Source: Pseudomonadota bacterium
Lineage (GTDB): Bacteria > SZUA-182 > DTGQ01
DNA: 64,000 nt
Assembly: GCA_030625085.1 (NCBI GenBank)
Contig: DAOURK010000008.1
Span: 2,024-66,023 of the forward strand
Direction: 5' to 3'
A model generated the notes under the pieces. That model was not told the DNA's origin, ran no database searches, and saw only the letters and a list, made by a program, of their open reading frames with translations. Position 1 is the first letter of the stretch, and each line of letters starts with the position of its first letter. Positions 47,832 through 58,502 of the stretch are shown one piece after another. The translations under genes were made by a program, and so were the position numbers.

Positions 47832-48342
47832 TGACTTAAGGAGCTTCATATCTTTTAAGATACTCTTGAATATATTAAGTTCTTATTATCGATAAACATG
47901 GTTCATCCGGTTAATGAGTGCCTTTGAGTATGTAAATGTCCATATCCTTACAAAATTCGTAAAAAATTTCCTCATAAAAATGTAAATCGGTTTTCAGAAA
48001 ATAAAAAATAGCTGCCACTTTTATAAAGTTTGTTGTATAATACCCTAGCGCTTAAAAAAACGAATTCTTATTACCTCACCTGAACAGAATGTGTTTATTT
48101 ATGCTGAGTACCTTGATGCACTTTATCAACGAGCTTATAATTATTTTGTAGAGTCTGTAACTTAAGAAAAGTTTCTATCTGATGCGGTGAAGAGCCTCAA
48201 ATTGTGCGGAGGAGCGAATAATGATAAAATAAAAATAATGCAACAAGAAAAACCATTAAAATGATTTAAAAAATGAAGAAACATTATGAATTTCAAAAAT
48301 ATGCTCGATGGAGTTTTAAGCTAGGGAACTATTGTAAAGCAA

Positions 48343-49092
48343 ATGTTGGATCAAAAAGCGGAAACAATTCTAAAAGCGAATTCATTTAAAAATCGTGCTG
48401 AATTGAATATCGCTCACTTCCAAATTACTCAAATGAAAGAATTGATTTCATTAGAGAATAAAAAGATTTTAGATATTGGCTGTGGGAAGGGCGAATTTTT
48501 AATACTTTGTTCCCTTGCAGAAAACGTGTCACATTGCGTTGGATTGGATTCAGCAATGGGAGAGGGAAGCAAAAAAGACACTTTTGAAATTTTCAAAAAC
48601 GATATCAATTTGCTGGATATTGAAAATATCGATACCATTCAGGCAGATATATTTGAATATGACTTTCCGAAAGAAAAATTTGATATTATCGTAACCAATT
48701 ATTCACTCCACCACATTATATTCACCAACAATAATCTTTTAAAATGTCCGGAATCAAAAGAAAAAGCCACACTTTTATTTAACAACATATGTAATAGCTT
48801 GAGACCCAATGGAGTCTTTGTTATTAAAGAGATCTCAAAAAATAATCTTTGTAGATATTGGCGGTCCTATGGGAAACTGGTAGGTACGGAACAGATGGCT
48901 TGGTTATCTAAGCATACACCAAAAGAATATAGAGAGATATTGCTAAGCACAAATCTTAGAAATATTAAGGTTAAATATTTGATTCCTTACGTTTTTAAAA
49001 GGTTTGGACTGGATAAATTTCGTTTTCTGCTTTCCAATTCAATTGCGAGTTTTTTCTTCCACTCAGCATATTATATATTTGCATGGAAGTGA
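48343..49092 (+). CDS. Class I SAM-dependent methyltransferase
   Basis: ILDIGCGKG; FDIIV...LHH; LRPNG. Confidence 0.88.
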   Translation: MLDQKAETILKANSFKNRAELNIAHFQITQMKELISLENKKILDIGCGKGEFLILCSLAENVSHCVGLDSAMGEGSKKDTFEIFKNDINLLDIENIDTIQADIFEYDFPKEKFDIIVTNYSLHHIIFTNNNLLKCPESKEKATLLFNNICNSLRPNGVFVIKEISKNNLCRYWRSYGKLVGTEQMAWLSKHTPKEYREILLSTNLRNIKVKYLIPYVFKRFGLDKFRFLLSNSIASFFFHSAYYIFAWK

Positions 49093-49226
49093 ATGAGAAT
49101 CATGATCTGCAGTAAAGCTAATGACTTGAAAAGGGCTTCAAAAAAGCAAGAGGATAATTATAAATAGAACCCCATATTTGCTTCTTAGTCTTCCCCTGAT
49201 CAGGAATGTATTCTTGAACCTTGCTA

Positions 49227-49499
49227 TTATCCAAGAACAATAAAGGTGATAATATTTCGTGTGCTCCCGGCAAGCAAGCACACGAGCCAGATAGTGCCAC
49301 CTTCATTTGACATTGGCTGATGGGCATTATAAGAAACATCAATAACAGATAATAGTCTGTGCCCCAGGCCAATATTGTTTTTTATATAAACACCCTCATC
49401 ATCAGGACCGCGATGGGCAAGACAGGAGGTCATTTGCCTAATAAGGGCTTCTTCAACCGGTACATTATTAAGGTTCATCTTACCGCAGATTCCGCACAT
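49227..49499 (-). pseudogene. asnB: Asparagine synthase (glutamine-hydrolysing), N-terminal fragment
   Basis: MCGICG...HRGPDDEG...LGHR.LS.ID...HQPMSNE, then similarity is lost and a stop follows at 90 aa. Confidence 0.85.
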
Positions 49500-49668
49500 G
49501 TTTTATCTATTACCTTCTCATATTCTCGGATAATTTTGTTGATCCTGAAATCTTCCGCCCTCTTAAAACGTTAGGCCACCTCCCTTTTATGATTTTATCA
49601 AAGATATCGTAACTGTCGGCTAAGAATATTTGTTTCCCTTTGATTTGACAATATCCCCATGGCACATT

Positions 49669-50829
49669 TTAATGAGCTAAATGATTGTAAACGTCACTAA
49701 GTAAGTATTCAACAAATCTTTCTATTGTATGCTCTTTCAATACTTTTTTCCTTGCATTTTTACCCATTTCCTTTAATTTGTCAGGATTATTAAACAAGGC
49801 AACAATTGCATTAGCAATATCTTGCGAATTCAGTGTTACTTTAATTCCTGTCGAGTCATCAATAAGTTTCCACGTTTCACCTACATCGGTTGCGACAATT
49901 GCATTTCCACAGGCCATGGACTCAAGGAGACTTTGTGAAGGATAATTATTTATATTCTGTATGGATATGAATATTTTAGACTTACATAAAATTTCCGCAG
50001 TATTACAGGCATAAGAAAATGTAACATACTTTTGAATTCCTATCTTTTTGACATAAATTCTAAGGGCTTTCTCTAAAGGACCTTCCCCGACGACGTGAAA
50101 TTTAATATCTTCAAATCTACCAGACAATTTCTCTAAAACAATGGGAATAGCATCAATGAAGAGATTAGGGTTTTTTTCTTCTATCAATCTTCCCACAAAA
50201 ACCACACTGTTATCTTTTTCTTTATCATTTAGAGTAAATAAAGAATAATCACTGAAGCTACATGGAGATACATAATATTTCCCATTAAAATATTTACCGT
50301 ATTTTTTAATAAATCTAACCTCAATATCTTCAGATAAGAAATCTATAAAGTCGGACCTTATAATTGCAATCTTAAAAAGAAAACTAGTTAAAATATTACT
50401 CCCGTCGGACTGAACTTTGGAACTAAATATGGAAATCCCTTTGTATACATTTTTTAGCCTTGTAAACAAAAAAGAGTTTATCAATAAAAATATCCCCATT
50501 GAGTGCAGAAACCTTATATCATTATTTCTTATTATTTTGATGATCTGAAAAGGTAAAAATATTCCACTCAAAATCTTATATATGAAAGAGGTTTTTGAAA
50601 AATATTTCCCTTTTATTAAAACTACATTATTACTTTTATCTAGCGGAATTCCGTGTTTGATTAAACTTTCGTATTGCTTTTGATTAATAATTAGAAATAA
50701 ATTATTATCTTTCTCTGTTAGTTTTATGAAGGCCCGTGCGAATCTCCTCTCAGCACCTCCGATTTTCCCCCCGCCGACTAAAAGAATAGCTTTGTTGAAA
50801 TTATTTTCTTTTTGAAGTTTGTCTTTCAT
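49669..50829 (-). CDS. Glycosyltransferase family 4
   Basis: GGAERR; FVGRLIEEKN; SLLESMACGNAIVATDVG. Confidence 0.9.
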   Translation of the reverse strand: MKDKLQKENNFNKAILLVGGGKIGGAERRFARAFIKLTEKDNNLFLIINQKQYESLIKHGIPLDKSNNVVLIKGKYFSKTSFIYKILSGIFLPFQIIKIIRNNDIRFLHSMGIFLLINSFLFTRLKNVYKGISIFSSKVQSDGSNILTSFLFKIAIIRSDFIDFLSEDIEVRFIKKYGKYFNGKYYVSPCSFSDYSLFTLNDKEKDNSVVFVGRLIEEKNPNLFIDAIPIVLEKLSGRFEDIKFHVVGEGPLEKALRIYVKKIGIQKYVTFSYACNTAEILCKSKIFISIQNINNYPSQSLLESMACGNAIVATDVGETWKLIDDSTGIKVTLNSQDIANAIVALFNNPDKLKEMGKNARKKVLKEHTIERFVEYLLSDVYNHLAH

Positions 50830-50846
50830 TTTTTTAAATGTGCTTT

Positions 50847-52247
50847 TCAGTCATTCCGCAGTAGCGATTCATATAACCAAACTTCTTCATTATTCACAAA
50901 ACGGTTGTTATGCCATAACAGGATAAAATCACCGTTGAATAGACGACAACGATTTTTTAATGTATTCAAAGCGGATTGTGCATCCCGGCCTGTTCCCAAA
51001 TTCATATATCTGTTTTCAATAATAGACCCGTCCATTACTATGAGAGGCCGCTCCTTCAGGTTAAGTTGTTTTTTGGCCTTAAGGTCATAAACCGGGTATT
51101 CATAGCATGTTCCACAGCGGAAACCCGCATGATCGGCATAGCCAAGGGTTGTATCATAATCTAACCCAGCTTTTTCCAAATTCGCAAACGTTATCGGTGT
51201 TTCCCAACGAAGATTGTGCTGTCTGCTACCCCACAGTTCCTGTCGAATGCCTTCCTCCTTGCAAACGGATTTCAATATTTTAAACTCCTTGAACATTTGT
51301 CGAAAATCAGTGCAAGTGTTGTAGCTCGCATGGAGGCCGATATCATGTCCCCGTTCATGAATATGTCGCATTAAATGCCTAATGGAGCGGTGATTTATGG
51401 AATAATATCCATCCTTTGCCCCGCCGCTATGATCAGTAATGAAATAAAACGTCGAGGTAAGTCCATATTTTTCATTAATATCTAAAATACTGTCGAAAGT
51501 ATTGTAAGGGTCTCTCTCCATGCCTTTTGTTTTTACATGCAAGCAATGAAGCAGTTCACGGGTTGCTTTTACCGGTGAGCGGCGTCGAATTAATTCGCCA
51601 GCAAAAGATATGGCAACACGGGCGGGTTTGAGATCAAAATATGCATATGGCTTATCAACATCATGAGTTGGAACAATTTTAAATCGACGATCTTTTCTTT
51701 TAAGTCCCGGCCATAGCCGTTTCATACAGTCCCAAAGAATTTCAAGGCATTCGTTTACTATGGGACGAAATAAAAAGTCCTCTTGATAGGATAGCGAGGC
51801 CTTAGCAGGAAAGCGATCATGGTTATCTCGTTCCTTTTTTACAACTTCTTCATATCGGGTGAGCATAAAGAAGGATAATCCAAAAATATCCAATCCAATG
51901 GTTATGCGGTTTTCTTTTACAGTAAAAAAATTCGGGCTGTCGGGATCTAATCCGTAAATTACAGGGATCTTATTAGTAACTGTATTAACATCAAACCCCA
52001 AACATTTTAGATCCCATAATTTTAACGGTTGACGAGGCAATGATTCAGGCGTCATCCATCGGCATGCGGGAAGAGCGAAGAAATCAACAGCAACTATCAG
52101 TTCACGGTGATCGCCAGAAGTCAATGATACATTATCACAATCAGTAAAGTGAATTTTAAAATCTAAGCCAAGAAATTCACCAAGCAAAACGGAAACTATA
52201 TAACGCTGTTCAGCTTGGTAGTTGTTTGGAAGTTTTAGTGTTATCAT
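50847..52247 (-). CDS. Polysaccharide deacetylase family protein
   Basis: THDVD, IGLHASY, GSRQHNLR, GFRCGTC.EY, LLWHN. Confidence 0.85.
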   Translation of the reverse strand: MITLKLPNNYQAEQRYIVSVLLGEFLGLDFKIHFTDCDNVSLTSGDHRELIVAVDFFALPACRWMTPESLPRQPLKLWDLKCLGFDVNTVTNKIPVIYGLDPDSPNFFTVKENRITIGLDIFGLSFFMLTRYEEVVKKERDNHDRFPAKASLSYQEDFLFRPIVNECLEILWDCMKRLWPGLKRKDRRFKIVPTHDVDKPYAYFDLKPARVAISFAGELIRRRSPVKATRELLHCLHVKTKGMERDPYNTFDSILDINEKYGLTSTFYFITDHSGGAKDGYYSINHRSIRHLMRHIHERGHDIGLHASYNTCTDFRQMFKEFKILKSVCKEEGIRQELWGSRQHNLRWETPITFANLEKAGLDYDTTLGYADHAGFRCGTCYEYPVYDLKAKKQLNLKERPLIVMDGSIIENRYMNLGTGRDAQSALNTLKNRCRLFNGDFILLWHNNRFVNNEEVWLYESLLRND

Positions 52248-52271
52248 CTTTATCCTTTTTGATACAACATA

Positions 52272-53240
52272 TCACTTCTTTTTCATTACGACATGTATCC
52301 CAGATTCTGCTGAAAATTTTGGTATGATGCCTACATAAGAAAATAATGAACTCGCTAATTTAATTATTTTTAAAGCCGCCCCTTTAAAAGGGAGTGTTGT
52401 TTTTTGATTCTTGATAGAGTCACTAGTTTCAAAAAACCTTCTTTTTGCTCTGAAGCCCTTTAAACGACCCAACAGCTTTTTTATATAAAGCCATGCATTT
52501 TGATGGGCTTCATATAGCTCTATATTAATCGTGAGGTCGGATAAATCTTTAAAATTATCTCTCCAGAATTCCCCCTTGAACAGCGTCACTAAATCAGGTG
52601 GTGGTGTATCTAACCATATCTTGCCGGTTTCGAGACATGCAGAAATATTTGGCGCATTAAATATAAGGAGGCCCTCCGGTTTCAATAACCTCAATAAAAA
52701 CTGGGTAAAATTAATCGGGGATTCCACGCATCCTATTGTACCGACATGATAAATCGCATCATAAGGCGCATTCTCTGTTATTGCCAGAGCATCAGATTTT
52801 AAAAAATGACGCCCGAATTTTTTCGTTGCTTCTTCTATAGCTGTCGCCGAAATATCGATACCAGTTATATCAAAGCCTTTCATTATAAAATATGCGCTCA
52901 AATATCCTTTTGAACAACCAACTTCTAATATTTTCTTAATATTTCCGCAGCGCTCAAGGGTATCAATTACGAATTTATTTTTTTTTGTTTTACTTAAAAA
53001 TTCTCTCAGGCCGTCATAGTTTTTGTTAATAAAATACATTCCAGCTTTTTTAGCCATTTCATCATGCTTGAAGTATGTTGTTCCCTTAGATTGATGCATT
53101 TTCTCATAGATGTACTTGTCATAGGGAGCAAAGCGGCACCCGCAGTCTTTACAATCATGAATATCACATTCATAGTCTATATAAGGCTTGTACTTGCCGA
53201 TGTAGTGAACATTATTACTACCACAGATTCTACAGGTCAT
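52272..53240 (-). CDS. Class I SAM-dependent methyltransferase with N-terminal Cys cluster
   Basis: CRICG..CKDCG; ILEVGCSKG; LKPEG. Confidence 0.87.
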   Translation of the reverse strand: MTCRICGSNNVHYIGKYKPYIDYECDIHDCKDCGCRFAPYDKYIYEKMHQSKGTTYFKHDEMAKKAGMYFINKNYDGLREFLSKTKKNKFVIDTLERCGNIKKILEVGCSKGYLSAYFIMKGFDITGIDISATAIEEATKKFGRHFLKSDALAITENAPYDAIYHVGTIGCVESPINFTQFLLRLLKPEGLLIFNAPNISACLETGKIWLDTPPPDLVTLFKGEFWRDNFKDLSDLTINIELYEAHQNAWLYIKKLLGRLKGFRAKRRFFETSDSIKNQKTTLPFKGAALKIIKLASSLFSYVGIIPKFSAESGIHVVMKKK

Positions 53241-54474
53241 GCAAAAAACCTTTCATAAGGTTTACAAATAATTTTGTATTTTCTTCTATTTTAGCCCGAG
53301 CTTTTTCGTTTGCAAAAACGAGTTTTTTGCATATCGCGGGTCTTTTTTGGTAAACCTCATCAAAAATATCAAATAAATCATAAATGCTTTTGTTGTGAAT
53401 TCCGTCAAATATATAGTCTTCACTGCCAAACTCTCGCATGATGTCCTTGTATTTCGGGTGCCAAGAAAGAGATATAGCTGGAACGGCGGATGATAAAGAA
53501 GCAACGATACTATGATACCTCGCACCAATGTGGACACAAGACGTGCTTATTATTGATTTTAATTCGGCTGGGGACAGGTCTTCTTGAATCAAACCTACAT
53601 TTGGAATGTCTTTGAAATGGTTTAACACAAGCCGAGATACCGCAAAATCGCATACCTCGGGGTAATGCCTGTTGAGACGAAACGTATGGGGAACAAGTAA
53701 AATAAAAAAACTTTTTTCTAACAAGAACCGGCACAGATTAACCATATCCTCAATATGTTTGTTCTCGCCGGTATGTTTTTTAGTTCTCTTGTACATGACC
53801 GCGCTGGGAGAGATCGTGATTAGTTTTTCGAAATTAATATCTTGATAGATTGAGTGTAAGTAATCAGTTCCCCAGGATTGATTATATTCAAATATGACGG
53901 CGACATCGGGGAAAGAAAATGCTTTTTTTTGAGGCAAAAGTCTATTCACTTCAGAAAGACAATCATCTCCCCTGCAAAATATTACAGGTTGCCTTTTTAA
54001 ATCCAGCTTAGCTATAAATCGCAAAATTTTTGGTGACAAAGGCCCGTAACTCTGAGTCCAGGCTAAAAAAGGCTTTTTAAAAATAAGGGCCGACAGGAAA
54101 TACATAAACCTTGCGCCCAACAAAGCTGATCTGACGTTTCCTATCGGATGGCCGACATAGCTGATGGCCGACATCTCGATAACCAGGTCAGCTACCGACA
54201 ACTTTTTAAACCAGTTTTTTACTCTTATATACTTTAAATAAAAATTTTTAAAGACATAGGGTGGCAGGACATCCTTTATCGAGTAGCTTTCGACCACCTC
54301 TACTTTATATTTTCTTGACCATAACAATTCATGCTGAAATTCTTCACCTGATGGAACTGAAAATACAAAATCTGATTCCGGCAAGTATTTTCTTATTTGC
54401 TGCATGAGAGCCAGCGCAATTGCCGGGCCACCCTTGTTACCCTGTAAACATAGACCCGTTATAAATATGTTCAT
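53230..54474 (-). CDS. Polysaccharide pyruvyl transferase family protein
   Basis: GNKGGPAI, QSYGP, PDVA, GARYHSIVASLS. Confidence 0.87.
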   Translation of the reverse strand: MNIFITGLCLQGNKGGPAIALALMQQIRKYLPESDFVFSVPSGEEFQHELLWSRKYKVEVVESYSIKDVLPPYVFKNFYLKYIRVKNWFKKLSVADLVIEMSAISYVGHPIGNVRSALLGARFMYFLSALIFKKPFLAWTQSYGPLSPKILRFIAKLDLKRQPVIFCRGDDCLSEVNRLLPQKKAFSFPDVAVIFEYNQSWGTDYLHSIYQDINFEKLITISPSAVMYKRTKKHTGENKHIEDMVNLCRFLLEKSFFILLVPHTFRLNRHYPEVCDFAVSRLVLNHFKDIPNVGLIQEDLSPAELKSIISTSCVHIGARYHSIVASLSSAVPAISLSWHPKYKDIMREFGSEDYIFDGIHNKSIYDLFDIFDEVYQKRPAICKKLVFANEKARAKIEENTKLFVNLMKGFLHDL

Positions 54475-55787
54475 TTTAGCGACACTCTTCTTATATAATT
54501 TTCTATTCGATACTTTATCAATGATTTAGATCCAATAAGCGCAAAACATATTTTTGCTAATGCGAATCTCCTTTCTCTGAAGAGTTTTTTTATTACTTTA
54601 ATTTTTAGCAAGTCAAATATGCCGAATTTAAACGCCTTTATATCTTCTGAATTTATCGTTCTTTTGTGGTGCGGATAAAAGTATTTGCCTTTAAATTTAA
54701 TATCTCTCATTCCTTCACCTATTGAACCAAGTGCATATAAAATACTCTGTGACTCAATAATTTCGTTTTTAAATCCTTTTTCAATATGAAAATTGTTGAT
54801 TTTAGAAATGGCTTCTTCACCCTTTGCTGTCCTACTGATCAAAATGTTAGTGCCGATATAGTCGTCTTTATATCTTCTTTGCCATGCGTCGCCGGCAACA
54901 ATATCAGCACAATATCCCATGTGATCTACACAATAAAGACAACCATTTTGTACCAGAAACCTGTCAACAAGCAGCCTGTTGTTAATAAGTTCACTGAACG
55001 ATTTAGGTTTAAGGAAATCAAAGACTTTACTTTCAAATTTGTTTGTAATTCTCGTTTTCCTATACCTGCCTTTTTCACGATAGCTTATCTCATTTATATC
55101 AACTTTACTGTAGTAAGCGAAAGCCAGCGCATTTATTCTGTCAAATGAATATCCACACATCAATGCAACCTTGGCATAAACCCTTTCTTTCAAAAACGAG
55201 AATTTTTTCAGATGGAGCAGTTTTTCGATAGAAGTAATTTGACAGGGCAGCCCTATAACTAAATACTTTCTGTCGCTTTTTTTAAGAATTTTGAAGGCAT
55301 TTTCATAGTTGATATTATGATAAATAGAGTTGGGCATTAAAGAGACATCTTTTATAGGAGAAGGCAAATAATCCAGACCTTTATGATGCATAATTGAAAT
55401 AACAGTATCGATAACTTTTGCCTTCATTAGGGACAGGCATAGCTCTCTTATAAATCCTCCTGAACTTGATGCCAGCCGATTTGTGTTATCCATTGAAAAA
55501 CCGTTATAAACATTCTTTATCTTGCCAAGCAAATTATTTTTATTGCTGCCCGCCAATTTTATATAGTCCATATCATAACTTGGACAAACTTCAAGGCACT
55601 TATTTATCCCGCCGCATTTTAAGCAAGGTTCCGTGCTTTTGGCAGATGCTTCCCATTTCTCTCGGTAGCTGTTATATTTCATTTCAATATTTGAAAATGG
55701 ACATATATGAGTACAGGCGCCGCAACTGATACATAAATCATTATCTGTGATGATGTTAATTGACTTAACCATGGCAACATTTATCAT
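54471..55787 (-). CDS. FrhB/F420-dehydrogenase beta-subunit family Fe-S protein
   Basis: CISCGACTHICP ferredoxin motif; SSGG, GLPCQI, C..C.D...ADI..GDAW. Confidence 0.87.
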   Translation of the reverse strand: MINVAMVKSINIITDNDLCISCGACTHICPFSNIEMKYNSYREKWEASAKSTEPCLKCGGINKCLEVCPSYDMDYIKLAGSNKNNLLGKIKNVYNGFSMDNTNRLASSSGGFIRELCLSLMKAKVIDTVISIMHHKGLDYLPSPIKDVSLMPNSIYHNINYENAFKILKKSDRKYLVIGLPCQITSIEKLLHLKKFSFLKERVYAKVALMCGYSFDRINALAFAYYSKVDINEISYREKGRYRKTRITNKFESKVFDFLKPKSFSELINNRLLVDRFLVQNGCLYCVDHMGYCADIVAGDAWQRRYKDDYIGTNILISRTAKGEEAISKINNFHIEKGFKNEIIESQSILYALGSIGEGMRDIKFKGKYFYPHHKRTINSEDIKAFKFGIFDLLKIKVIKKLFRERRFALAKICFALIGSKSLIKYRIENYIRRVSLK

Positions 55788-55790
55788 TTA

Positions 55791-57224
55791 TTAAATCTCC
55801 ATAGTTTTAATATGGAAGACATTCAATGCTATAACACTGGTTAATAAGACAGGGAAATTGTTAATAAAACCATTAATCGCAGCTAAAATAGCCATATAAG
55901 GTGTTATCTTGAGCAATTGTTTTAAATACATTGAGGAGAAATAACGGCTAGATTTACCTAACTGTTTATAATTCCAGCTCCCTAAAAGAAGGAACAGCGT
56001 AAATTGAACTGTTGCTATAGCAACTACCGAATATAAAATGTTTTTAAATAACAAAAAAGACAGAACTATTGCCAAAACTTTAACCATGGCCAAGAGGGCA
56101 TTGAAGGTCATATCTGCATCCGGCCTGTTAAGAATCGTAAATAGACTGAAACTCGCGACAACTAAATTAATATGTGCACCAATGATCAACGGATAAAGAA
56201 ATACCGCAGCTTCTCTCCAGCTTTCTCCAAAAATAATCACAAACAGGTTCGATGCTACAAATAGTGATGAGTAGAAAGGAAGTGTCGTCATTTTAAATAA
56301 TGTCGATTGATAGTGATTGAGAGAATTAAGTATTTGTTCTTTTGTCCTCCTACTATTTTCTCCTAAAAAAACCTGCCATATAGCACTTGATACAAATAAT
56401 TTAGGGATGTTAACTATTTTATTAACAAAGAAAAAATGACCTACACTCGCTAAATTAAAGAGCATAGTCAGTATTATAAACTCAGCTTGATATGAAGTTG
56501 CATTTAATAAAGCCCCGACCGCACTTTTTTTTGGATAATCTATATATTCAACGAATAGAGATTTTATTCTTTTTAATGAGAGCTGTTTTTTTACCTCCTT
56601 GTCTTTTCTCAACACTGAGAATCCCAAAAATCCTGCACCCACACCCTGCCCTATTATGCCGCCGACAATAAGTCCACTGACACCGAAGCCACCGAACCCC
56701 ATCCCCAGATTTGTTAGGGCAGTGGCTATGGATTTGGAAACCATACTGGTAGCAAGCCTTTTGAACTGCTTAATTCGGTTTGACCAGTAGTTCAGAGTCT
56801 GAAAGATTCCTGTCAAGAGAACCATCAAAGGTATAAAATACAGCCACATAGAAATTTCCGGTTTTCCCAATATCTCTGTAATAGAATGATTAAAAATCCA
56901 TACTATTAGAAGGGTTAAAAAACTTAATAAAAAGACTAGGATAAAAGACAGTGTTGCAATATGTATCGCGTCCATATCTTTTTCAGGCAGCATCAAAGCA
57001 TGCTCGTATCGCCCTGTAGATATGACAGATAAGACAGAGGCTACAGCAGTATAAATGGCAAAGATACCAAAATCCCGGGGAACATATATTCTTGATAAAA
57101 TCGGTGAGATGATGATTAATATTGCTTGAGCAATGGTCGTGCCGGTCATCAAGGTCAACACATTCGCCACAAATGGGCCTTCCCGGGCATAAGGACTTTT
57201 CAGGTTTGTTAAAATTTTAAACAT
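55791..57224 (-). CDS. wzx: Polysaccharide flippase
   Basis: Many TM helices; NVLTLMTGTTIAQ..SPILSRIY.P.DFG, IFGESWREA. Confidence 0.87.
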   Translation of the reverse strand: MFKILTNLKSPYAREGPFVANVLTLMTGTTIAQAILIIISPILSRIYVPRDFGIFAIYTAVASVLSVISTGRYEHALMLPEKDMDAIHIATLSFILVFLLSFLTLLIVWIFNHSITEILGKPEISMWLYFIPLMVLLTGIFQTLNYWSNRIKQFKRLATSMVSKSIATALTNLGMGFGGFGVSGLIVGGIIGQGVGAGFLGFSVLRKDKEVKKQLSLKRIKSLFVEYIDYPKKSAVGALLNATSYQAEFIILTMLFNLASVGHFFFVNKIVNIPKLFVSSAIWQVFLGENSRRTKEQILNSLNHYQSTLFKMTTLPFYSSLFVASNLFVIIFGESWREAAVFLYPLIIGAHINLVVASFSLFTILNRPDADMTFNALLAMVKVLAIVLSFLLFKNILYSVVAIATVQFTLFLLLGSWNYKQLGKSSRYFSSMYLKQLLKITPYMAILAAINGFINNFPVLLTSVIALNVFHIKTMEI

Positions 57225-57271
57225 TATTAATTTTCACCAAAATCTTAAATATTCATCTGCATAGATTACCC

Positions 57272-57468
57272 TGCGACAGCGAGCGCATTTCCCGGCCAGC
57301 CGATGCTGTATGCTGGGTTGGCGCGCGAATATTAAAATGGATAAAATTCCTTACAGTCGAACCCCGCCAAGGCGGTATTGCAATTTGTTGAAGCGAAGTA
57401 AAAATTCCGCCTACCGGTGGCGGAGCAGAGCAGAAATCCCCTTTCAGCGGGGCTGCAGGGAGCTTCAA
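57272..57468 (-). mobile_element. Non-autonomous palindromic element (MITE/IS200-IS605 remnant-like)
   Basis: GC-rich island in AT-rich DNA with several short hairpins (CCCC..GGGG, TCCGCC..GGCGGA, CCGCC-TT-GGCGG); no transposase. Confidence 0.5.
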
Positions 57469-57553
57469 TCAGTCAACAACCTGTACAACGATTACTGCCC
57501 TAATGCGCTGACCGGTACAAACCTGGTACTTATCATCCGAAATAGATAAATCT

Positions 57554-58133
57554 GATTGATACGAATTTACTTTTTTACTGTCCAATAATAATAATTCAGA
57601 CAAATCGAAGTCTATTTTTCACTGTTATATTCAAAAAATTTTATCAAAATTCGAGGGATTTACTGCTGAAAAAATTGCCAATACCTTTCTAATAGGACCA
57701 ATAAACAGTTAAGTCTTCTACAACAAGTTAACCTTTTATTTTTAGAAATCTGTTATAAACGTAAATGGCTTATTTGAAGCCATTATAAATGATCTATAAT
57801 TACAAAAATTTAATAATTCATTTAATTATAATTTGTTATACAGTTTAAAAAACTCATTGTCATTAAAACTAGACTCAAATAAAGACTTAACATTTTTAAA
57901 AGGTCTGACATTAAAAAAACCGTAAAACTAATTTTTTCATAAATAATGGCAACCAATTAACTAATTGAAAAAAATGTTTTTAAAAAAGGTCAGTTTGGGA
58001 ATTGTATAATATTCAAAAAGATTCAACAAATGATATGGGCAATTTATAAAATTACTGAGCTGTTTTTTTGAAATTATATTCTCGATTGTCTGCGATTGAT
58101 AGGGATTTCCTTTTTTACTGTCCAATAATAATA
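57554..58133. repeat. 40-bp direct repeat pair (57554-57593 and 58094-58133)
   Basis: GATTGATAnGnATTTnCTTTTTTACTGTCCAATAATAATA, 37 of 40 identical. Confidence 0.8.
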
Positions 58134-58502
58134 GCGCAAAATCTAGAAAAATACAAATGATTGATTTGCCTTTTTATGATAGGATTGTTAAAAAATTTGT
58201 AAGGAATGTACATCTGCTTTAAAACTACCTATTCTGACCAAGACCAGATTCAAAAAAATCTTAAGCAATTCCTCGCCAAAAATATGCAAAAACCAAAACT
58301 TTTTAAAGCGATATATTTTTCATTCAGGGCAAAAGTTTGATGATTCTGCAAAAAACTCTAATCTTAGCCAAAGGATCTTTACTAATGCCTAAGTCATTGC
58401 ATGGTTGAAAAGGTTTTGGTCTTTAATCTTCCAAAAGGCAACACGCATAAATCTGGCAGCAGTAGCAACATATGCACAATCTTTGCATTTACCTTTACTC
58501 CC

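Noticed and set aside
47890..48250. Possible toxin-antitoxin (HEPN-like) remnant
   Set aside because: Frames are broken and similarity is too weak to support
57253..57549. 71-aa and 79-aa ORFs
   Set aside because: Translations of the palindromic element, not credible proteins
58134..58500. Possible missed gene between the direct repeat and the GT2
   Set aside because: No open frame of 60 aa or more and no recognisable motif beyond an isolated CKDC
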